The notes beneath the pieces are model-generated. The model saw only the letters and a list, made by a program, of their open reading frames with translations. It made no database searches and was not told the DNA's origin. Positions 35,501-40,539 of a stretch of DNA of 40,539 nt are shown here, piece by piece. The position numbers and the translations under genes were made by a program. Origin of the DNA: a virus. Its lineage: Duplodnaviria > Caudoviricetes. The stretch covers positions 1 to 40,539 of IMG/VR virus record IMGVR_UViG_3300048578_000440; one strand, given 5' to 3'. How positions within the stretch are numbered: the first letter of the stretch is position 1; each line of letters opens with the position of its first letter.

Positions 35501-38500
35501 GCGTTGGAGCGACCTGTCGTTGTCCTGAAGTCTGCCACCTGGGCCGATAGTCTGGTGCTGGTGACGGAGTTGCCGCATCAGGGTTCATTCCTAGTCGCAG
35601 CAGTACATCTGAATGTTCGGGAAGGGCGTGCGGAGATCAACGAGGTCGCAAGCGTCCATGCCCGGGGGACACAGCCGCAGTGGGTATCAAACCAGATTCG
35701 TGATGGTGGGTTACTCTACAGGGATAAAACGAAAGTCCCTGGTTGGCAGAGATCTTTCGGGCTGCAATTGCCCACAGAGATGCCAACCAGGGACAAGCGA
35801 AAGATATTCACGGAAGTTGATCTCGTCAAGTACGAACAGGGGCTGCCCCAGAAAGGAAGTGGCCCCCGCTTCGCCCGCACCGGCGACCTGGCCGGCGTCC
35901 CGGACGAAAAGCGCGACGTGGCCACCTGGCTCAAAGACGAAGCCTCGGCCAATGTCCGCTCCATCCTGGCCGGGGTGCATGGTCTGTCGGAAACCGGGGT
36001 GCTGGGCAAGATGGTGCGGTCGCCGGAATACTGGCAGCAGCCGGTGCTCAAGCGCCTGTATGAGACGTTCCGGGACCGCACCGACCGCGCCCATGAACTG
36101 CTGCACCAAGCGTTCGATGTGGGCGACGGCCGCACTATCATCCAGGAAGCCAAGGACGTCCTCAAAGACCCGAAGCAGCGCGAGATTTTGAATGCGGGCG
36201 TGGACCACGCCGACGTCAACGAGGTCGGGCCGGAGGCCATGGAGACGTGGTTTGCTGAGCATGGGGCCAACGAGGCCACAATTGGGCTGTGGCGCATCAT
36301 GCGTGAACGCTACGACATGCTGCTGGACGAACGGCTGGCCTCCTACCGCAAGCTCATCGACAAGGCGCGCAGCGGCTATGAGCGCAAGATCGTGCGGCGG
36401 TTGATCGACGCCGGCATCCCGGCCGACGCGGCCAAGGCTTTCGACGCGGCCGGCTACAACTCCGACAAGACCCTGGCTGACGAACTGGCCCCCTACGCCG
36501 ATGAGGTGAAGGCCGTGGTGGCCGCTGCCCGCAAGGCCGGGGTGACCATCAAGGGCCAACTTTCCGACGTGAAGCTCCACGACGAAAACGGCACCTCTTT
36601 CAGCTTCGCCGAGATGGTGGAAAAAATGGGCCAGTTGCGGGGCTTTTATGCGCCGCGTCTGCGCGAACAGGGCGACTATGTGGTGCGCGGCCAGCGTACT
36701 GGCGCGGACGGGGATATCGAGCGGTTCCGGGCGCACAAGGAATGGCGCAAGTCGGCGGAAAAGCTGCGACTGGAAATGCGGCGCGCCGGTTGGGACATGG
36801 AGCCGGTGGGTAAGCTGGACAAGCTGCCCGAGGCCACCCAGGGGATTCTCAAGACCCTGGAGCTGGCCAAGACGGTGGAAAGCGCGGTCAACCAAGTGGG
36901 CGAGGACGTGGACGCCGGACTTGTTCAAGAGATACTTGAGACATTGGCTGACGAGGTGAAGGCGCGGGGCTTCCGGTCGCAGTCGATCCGGCGCAGCGGC
37001 CGGCACGGCGAGGTGGTGCAAGGCTATTTCAAGGACGCGGTGGAGCGGTTTGCCCGGTATGCCGGGTCCACGGCCTACGGGCTGGCCAAGATGGAAGCGG
37101 CCGAGAAGGCGGCCAAGGTGCTTTTCGGCACTGCCGGCGCGCCGGGCCTGGATATCAAAAAGGAGCGCGACACGTACCGGCTGGCCGTGGACTATCTGGC
37201 TGAGAACCTGCGCAACGCCGAGTCCGGGGACCGGGTTTTTGCCCTGGCCAAGTCGGTTGCCTCGCTCAAATACCTGGGCCTGAATCCCAAAAGCGCGTTG
37301 GTCAACCTTTCGTCCATGGCCACGTCGGTGCCGGCGGCGCTCCATGCCTATGCCATGCAGGGCAAGGGCGGCTGGTCCAGGGTGGGCCGCGAGATCGCCC
37401 GGAGCATGTACGATTACCTGGGCCGCATGACCAAAAAATGGGGCCGGTTTACGGCAGATGAACAGCGGTTTCTGGACGAAATCCGGCGGGAATCCCTGGA
37501 TGATCCGCAGTTCGCCCGGGAGGCGCTTTCCGTCTACCGCGACACGGCCGGCCAGGGCTGGTCCTGGCTCATGGGCAAGTCCATGGCCCTGTTCGGGGCC
37601 ACGGAGCAGCTCAACCGGGGGGCGACGCTCTTGGCCGGCTACCGGCTGGCCCGGGCCGGCGGGGCGGATCATGCCACGGCCGTGGCCCGGGCCAGGGAGA
37701 CGTCGGACCGGGCGCACGGCGTCTATGACCGGGCCACGCAACCGGCCTGGACCTGGGGCACGTCCATCGGGGCGCGGGTCGGGCAGGCGTGGTACGTCTA
37801 CAAGAAATACGGTCACAACTATTTGCAGCTCGTGCATGAGCTGTTTGCCAAAAAGGATTGGCAGGCGGCCACGTTTGCCTTGGCTGCGCCGGCTGTGCTG
37901 GGCGGGTTGGGCGGCCATGTGCTGACCTCGCTGGCTAAAGCGTTGATGGCGGCCGGCGGCGGCGACGATGACCCGGAAAAGTGGCTGTATGATTTCCTGG
38001 GCAAAAACCTCGGCGGCGAGGCCGAAGACCTGGCCCGGTTCGGGCTGCTGGGGCTGGCCACCGGCGCGGACCTGTCCGGCAGCCTGGGGACCATGATCGA
38101 CATGCCGGATACGTGGTCCGACGTGCTTGGCCCCATGGGCGGCCTGGGCAAGGACATGCTTACGGCTGTGGGCTATCTGGCCGGCGGCCAGCCCGGGCGG
38201 GCAGCGGAAAAGGTGTTGCCGTCGGGCGTGGCCAAGGTGCTGCAGGCCGTGCGCGAATCGGACCAGGGCGTGACCACGGGCAAGAACTATCCGGTCCTGG
38301 GCGAAGACGGCAAACCGCTCAAACCGTCGCGCGGCGAATCCGTGGCCAAGGGGCTGGGGTTCCGGCCGCTGCGCGAGGCCCGGGCCAGGGACCGCACCAG
38401 CGAGGCCATTACCGAGGAAAAGCGTTTTGGCGACCGCCGGGATGTGATCTACGCCCGGTTCCGGGCCTTTGCCCTGGACGGCGGCCAGGATGCCGACGAA

Positions 38501-39022
38501 CGGCAGGACTTGGTTGCGGCCGTGGCCGAGTACAACCAGGACGTGGCCGAGGCCGGGCTGACCGGCCGGGTGTCGCCCATCACCAAGGAATCGCTGCTGC
38601 GCCAGACCGAACGGCTGGCCCGGCCCACCAAGCGGGAGCAGGCGCGCCTGAGCGGCCCGGCCGGCCGCGCCGAGACCGCGCCGGCCGTGGCACCTCTGGA
38701 TGCCGGCGACATCGAAGACCTGTCCCACCCGTATTATCAGGTGCGGCGCACCTATCTGGATGCCAAGGGCCGCTATGACGCCTTGCGCGATGCCGGGGAT
38801 ATGGAAGGCGCCATGACCGTGCGCAGCGAAACCCGGCTGCCGCGCCTGCGCGCCCTGGTCGGCCGGGTGCAGTCGATCCATGAGGATATGGCCGGGCTGC
38901 GCAAGCTGCGCCTGGATGATGCCGCGAAAGCCGAGCGCATGGAGCTGTTGCGGGATCGGGAGCGGCGGGAAATGGACCGGGCGGTGCGGGTCTGGGGCGT
39001 TCTGGCGGCGAACGGGGAGTAG
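29597..39022 (+). CDS. Giant large polyvalent protein (internal virion protein)
   Basis: 3141 aa. Gly/Ala-rich membrane-like N-terminus; Rho-N/HeH-like repeats; GEKIGGSRKD (LPD5-like); FGFRGVEFGEW...SLAHEWYHALD...YWSEPHEMAARAF (LPD1/zincin-like); second HEGRH zincin-like motif; LPQALERPVVVLKS (MuF-C/PBECR-like); YAPRLREQGDY (PLxRFG-like) helical C-terminus. Confidence 0.88.
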   Translation: MAVDLIKYRAENAGFYGQSSLADVAADLHERSGSAKAGVAFEDFARQNGFDAQIAQETQPKPQPQQQPGYGLPGGSVTAGDYARSIGVGLDQFGQVLGRGMQWVGLDRAGKAVEGLYKERETATRGQQFGAYKAEMAKPFVQERPDGGGMFGYGLGPGVTSPAKILGTIVESVPAMAAAGGPAVAATRGLIGLGLNAGVAGIVGSGLGEGVIGGLYAAKEGEDQILEAPDGVLQQHPDYQQALAALPADMPEAERQASAKASVARGEALRSGLIAGGATAVLGAPSGHFLGKSIGGETGRTLARTIGKQAVLEAGQEASQSAVEQLVRNDAARRYINPDQSMGEGVAEAMVGGAITGGVMGGGLGGFSHNRAALQYRQDFQAETAKAITDGSVAGLADDDLGRAFQIADGLYRENPDEGLQQVLLGLNAEQFRRQGAARGFPLNEFLADDDAARAAAAQQAAQPQEAPGLPPEAAAGPAGPDRGAELTALSKRELNDLAAGLGIAKPGRIKRDELVASVLQAEDAARRWNDPEAVAARYQEAHAAPFPGQVDGFLEGVAPVALSQQAPAAAPESGQAAPDRAAELSGLAYSELRDMAASLGVEKPGRLKRAALVPAIVAAEEQARHFYDPANLDARYQETHAAPFPGGLDGFLDGVAPVGQPQPAEGRASRKRQPKAAAEQEPAQAGQAAAPESLAPSMAQAAGPTGEIPLVEIGATPEAVQEAEPEAQSEARPALVEQTPAGVLPTGEIPLTAVGETPAAGEKVVADLPQNKGQEPGRDVAGYPAVETGQPQADMQEAQAPPAAEDLKARSKRELNDLAVSLGIERPVEIRRDDLVGRIGQARQEAAAGSVQEQPGAAGAPQTAKVWSGDTLREVPVVEHDGVKTVNVMGQGMPPRYAVLNALAGSDEHQISQYSGNTPAEAVAAAKRPPEPPHPMNAATRGRALQAMAPDQQNALGKVLGIKPGRKSRLGFLEAISDTPELKLRAAYDTVVGEAGQQAEADKSPGVATGEAQGDAQDQAAVPPGDVGAVAEPAAEVPAQSEPSSADAAPKEEARDEPAAEAEQNESAAVESRPEEAAGAATPEQSEKIGLALGEKIGGSRKDTAAPTGPRVRLPGKDDSVPAWKKRFMAVQVSETGFRSGEDKIYWSIADQKGLLRTGRFKFDSKEEAEAAIPLAAVSLKHRVTKRGEAWEIYRKVTDRKTVVIKDGFATEEDAKRYMAEHAEDILNTKTGFGEEILVRPEKVFRKGAPRREGPAKGQDFLDAFGFRGVEFGEWNDQDERQEVLNHAYDGLLDLAELLNVPPKALSLNGDLALAFGSRGRGLSSAKAHYERDYGVINLTKLTGAGSLAHEWYHALDHYLGRQDTKASSEKVENKRGDRVFAASDAPSRDYLSHGASRKSQVREALRAAYEKLLGDIAYKAEQYKEDTEKAEQFVSRARGYLERNLKDIRTGLAQDAQWGRKRAPAKAGQLERFDALAEQLLSGDNLALEMRSNEAGGRQRSRFGSYRSSNDILDGLAAIYKEVRGRSGFNAERTGPFNSLAANVQDFARRAKMLEDARSKTEKTKQIPTEYRRAAYLMDQGRTSDYWSEPHEMAARAFSSYVEDRVAQDDGRSDFLVYGANNAMLEYRLVNVRPFPEGAEREAINAAFDTFFQTVKTKETGRGVAMFQREDGSEAPASPITRAVAAELRQGISQFPALRGIVDVYQSEADMPADLREAVEDAGVSGRFHGVYDAETKRIALVAGNIPTVKAGQTAFVQMLLRHEGRHAGLDRVLGGVREREDYMARAAQAIPREVTRWLTRHGMESNRRNRAEAAEEILVSWAKDGTVHRALDRLLSKIAAWVRSIFPTLELTRAELRQLLAQADDFVDGKGLDFIAPPGQPFSAAPAFSRGEGASWAQQVDDFLGNRFRPHERLDLGGTPPVIGLLGGHDLPLQMTQGKANKILKGADAGGKHGVSPEVLKQLPQALERPVVVLKSATWADSLVLVTELPHQGSFLVAAVHLNVREGRAEINEVASVHARGTQPQWVSNQIRDGGLLYRDKTKVPGWQRSFGLQLPTEMPTRDKRKIFTEVDLVKYEQGLPQKGSGPRFARTGDLAGVPDEKRDVATWLKDEASANVRSILAGVHGLSETGVLGKMVRSPEYWQQPVLKRLYETFRDRTDRAHELLHQAFDVGDGRTIIQEAKDVLKDPKQREILNAGVDHADVNEVGPEAMETWFAEHGANEATIGLWRIMRERYDMLLDERLASYRKLIDKARSGYERKIVRRLIDAGIPADAAKAFDAAGYNSDKTLADELAPYADEVKAVVAAARKAGVTIKGQLSDVKLHDENGTSFSFAEMVEKMGQLRGFYAPRLREQGDYVVRGQRTGADGDIERFRAHKEWRKSAEKLRLEMRRAGWDMEPVGKLDKLPEATQGILKTLELAKTVESAVNQVGEDVDAGLVQEILETLADEVKARGFRSQSIRRSGRHGEVVQGYFKDAVERFARYAGSTAYGLAKMEAAEKAAKVLFGTAGAPGLDIKKERDTYRLAVDYLAENLRNAESGDRVFALAKSVASLKYLGLNPKSALVNLSSMATSVPAALHAYAMQGKGGWSRVGREIARSMYDYLGRMTKKWGRFTADEQRFLDEIRRESLDDPQFAREALSVYRDTAGQGWSWLMGKSMALFGATEQLNRGATLLAGYRLARAGGADHATAVARARETSDRAHGVYDRATQPAWTWGTSIGARVGQAWYVYKKYGHNYLQLVHELFAKKDWQAATFALAAPAVLGGLGGHVLTSLAKALMAAGGGDDDPEKWLYDFLGKNLGGEAEDLARFGLLGLATGADLSGSLGTMIDMPDTWSDVLGPMGGLGKDMLTAVGYLAGGQPGRAAEKVLPSGVAKVLQAVRESDQGVTTGKNYPVLGEDGKPLKPSRGESVAKGLGFRPLREARARDRTSEAITEEKRFGDRRDVIYARFRAFALDGGQDADERQDLVAAVAEYNQDVAEAGLTGRVSPITKESLLRQTERLARPTKREQARLSGPAGRAETAPAVAPLDAGDIEDLSHPYYQVRRTYLDAKGRYDALRDAGDMEGAMTVRSETRLPRLRALVGRVQSIHEDMAGLRKLRLDDAAKAERMELLRDRERREMDRAVRVWGVLAANGE
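31035..31575 (+). repeat. Approximately 294-bp tandem duplication inside the giant gene
   Basis: PDR.AEL..L...EL...A..LG..KPGR.KR..LV......E..AR...DP....ARYQE.HAAPFPG..DGFL.GVAPV occurs twice at both DNA and protein level. Confidence 0.85.
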
Positions 39023-39031
39023 GGGGACGGT

Positions 39032-39682
39032 ATGTCGTTATCGGACCGCATTGAATACCGGACGTACAAAATCACTCTGATTGAGCCGATATTGGGCTCG
39101 TTGCCGTCGCAACGGCAGGTGTACCAGGATTTGGTGGCGGCCAGGGCTCCGGAACCCGACGTGGAGGGGGCGGAGGAGGCTGCCATGTTGCCGGAGGGCG
39201 CGGATGAACGCACGACCGTGTTTCTGCGCAACCAGGACGGGTGGTGTTCCATCCTGGATTACCAGTTCTTCGGGTTTCTGAAGGAGGCCGGCAATACGCT
39301 CAAGGATATTGTGCAGCATGAAGCCATGGTCAAACGGACAAAAACCACGAAACAGGGCATTGCCGCCCTGCGCAACAAGCTGACCCGGTTTCTCTTTTGC
39401 GGCCCCCGGATTATTCCGCTGCAAAAGGAACCGAACGGGATCTTCCGGAGGCCGCTGCGGCGGATCACCAAGGAGGGGCCTATGAGCTGCATCGCCACCT
39501 CCGAGATCATCAACGCCGGGGTGTCCTTTGACGTCTGGATCGGGCTTTTGCCGCACGGCGAGGTGCAATGGGGCGTTGTGGAGCAGCTTTTGGAATATGG
39601 TCAGATTAAAGGGCTTGGTCAGTTTCGGGGCGGGGGATTTGGTCGGTTCGCCTTTGACCTTGTCTCCCAGGGTGCAATGTAA
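39032..39682 (+). CDS. Stand-alone RAMP / Cas7-like (Csf2/Csm3-like) RNA-binding protein
   Basis: RAMP hallmarks in the expected order: beta1 YKITLIEPILGSLP; helix ILDYQFFGFLKEA (equivalent to IPGSSLKG.LR); SEIINAGVSFDVWI; C-terminal Gly-rich loop GLGQFRGGGFGRF. Confidence 0.8.
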   Translation: MSLSDRIEYRTYKITLIEPILGSLPSQRQVYQDLVAARAPEPDVEGAEEAAMLPEGADERTTVFLRNQDGWCSILDYQFFGFLKEAGNTLKDIVQHEAMVKRTKTTKQGIAALRNKLTRFLFCGPRIIPLQKEPNGIFRRPLRRITKEGPMSCIATSEIINAGVSFDVWIGLLPHGEVQWGVVEQLLEYGQIKGLGQFRGGGFGRFAFDLVSQGAM

Positions 39683-39683
39683 A

Positions 39684-39736
39684 AGCTAGGTCCGGTATCG
39701 TTGCGTGCCGTGACGCGCGGCTCTATCGATCGAGCC
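39684..39736 (+). ncRNA. Candidate guide-like RNA: eight 5-nt VGY-NN units plus a 3' hairpin
   Basis: AGC-TA GGT-CC GGT-AT CGT-TG CGT-GC CGT-GA CGC-GC GGC-TC (39684-39723), closed by stem GGCTC/GAGCC (39719-39736). It begins 1 nt after the RAMP stop codon. Confidence 0.6.
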
Positions 39737-39762
39737 CTTCAATCTGGCCGTAGGATGGCTGT

Positions 39763-40539
39763 ATGGACCATGTGGTGCTGTTTGATTGCCATGGGCTCAA
39801 GGCCCGGCTCAGCCCGACGCAGTGCAGGGCGAACCGGACCCGGCCGGTGTCGTCTTCTCTGGCGAATCTGCCGACGCGGCCGATGGCCTGCCTGTCCTGC
39901 ACGCAATGGCATGAATTTGATCCGCCGGCGAATGTGACAGACCCGGCCGAACTGGCCCTGGCCGAGACCCTGGCCACGTTGTGGCCCGACATTGATGAGG
40001 GCAGGCTCGGGGTCAAGCATATCCTGACGGCCTATAACCGGCGGGTGATGCCGGAATTGCGCAAACGCCGATCCCTGCTGATGGCGGACTGGCTGGTCAT
40101 GCTCGGCTTCCGGGTGCTCCACCAGGAACAGTTCCAGGGTGTGAGCGGCTTGCGCTGCCTGTGGGTGGATTCGCTGGTGGAAGGATTCGTCCGGGAAAAG
40201 GGATTTGCCGTGCTGCAGCGTACCGATGTTGCGGCCCTGGATCGTTTGCTGGGGGTGGTCGGCTTGAAGCAGGACGCGCCGCTGCCAGAGGAAGAGCCGG
40301 AGATATCGGAAGAGCGTGAGGCGGCTGAGCCGGCGGCCACGGAGGAAGCGGCAGCGGTTGCACAGCCTTTTGTCCGGTCCAAACCATTGGCCGGCGCTGC
40401 TCCCTGCCCCGAATGCCTGTTTTTCAGGCCGATGCCGACGTATCATGCCGGCGTTGAAGGGATACGCCTGTGCTGGGCGGACGCCACCTTGTGGGAATTC
40501 GCCTGCTTCAAGCCCCGTCAGGAGGATATGGCATGCTGA
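39763..40539 (+). CDS. Hypothetical Cys-rich (putative Zn-binding) protein
   Basis: N-terminal C..C..CxxC (FDCHG...TQC...ACLSC), acidic linker, C-terminal CPEC...C...C; ends at the last base of the window. Confidence 0.65.
   Translation: MDHVVLFDCHGLKARLSPTQCRANRTRPVSSSLANLPTRPMACLSCTQWHEFDPPANVTDPAELALAETLATLWPDIDEGRLGVKHILTAYNRRVMPELRKRRSLLMADWLVMLGFRVLHQEQFQGVSGLRCLWVDSLVEGFVREKGFAVLQRTDVAALDRLLGVVGLKQDAPLPEEEPEISEEREAAEPAATEEAAAVAQPFVRSKPLAGAAPCPECLFFRPMPTYHAGVEGIRLCWADATLWEFACFKPRQEDMAC

Larger units (their letters stand above)
1..40539. mobile_element. Temperate podovirus-like phage genome (near complete)
   Basis: Integration, replication, packaging, lysis, head, short-tail and ejection modules are all present. 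No tape-measure or tail-tube gene and no host housekeeping gene was recognised. Confidence 0.9.

Noticed and set aside
35939-35961. Partial (12/16) self-match to the reverse complement of the gapped NN pattern of the candidate guide
   Set aside because: A rough binomial estimate predicts several such matches by chance in 40 kb. My manual search was not exhaustive.
35711-38881. 1056-aa minus-strand ORF and similar long antisense ORFs (19112-20989, 9000-10694, 29495-30901)
   Set aside because: Shadow frames expected from high GC3 codon bias opposite genuine genes.
39683-39762. CRISPR array associated with the Cas7-like gene
   Set aside because: No 25-40 bp direct repeats separated by spacers were seen here or elsewhere. 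The intergenic region is only about 80 bp and its structure is 5-nt periodic.
40530-40539. Direct circular join of the window end to the window start
   Set aside because: No terminal repeat is visible, and the first ORF looks 5'-truncated rather than continuing from the end.

Overview
GC-rich, nearly complete temperate podovirus-like genome (prophage or excised form). Its gene content suggests a Desulfovibrionaceae-type host (inference). From left to right: excisionase-like gene and tyrosine integrase; the 3' half of a tRNA-Leu(TAG) acting as att core, with arm-type repeats; a leftward operon of one HicA toxin and four antitoxin-like genes; two duplicated C4-like antisense riboregulator cassettes ahead of AntA and Rha genes; DnaB and a replication initiator with iteron-like repeats; a putative small terminase, a catalytic-only tyrosine recombinase with an adjacent palindrome and a GpA-type large terminase; a lysis cassette containing a patatin; portal, scaffold, N4-gp56-like capsid, short-tail and ejection genes; and a 3141-aa large polyvalent protein. 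The most striking element is a stand-alone RAMP/Cas7-like gene (39032-39682) with no CRISPR array or other cas gene in the window. It is followed at once by a non-coding tract of eight 5-nt [A/G/C]GY-NN units closed by a hairpin, which is a candidate non-CRISPR RNA-guided system. All protein calls rest on motif recognition by eye; no database search was run.
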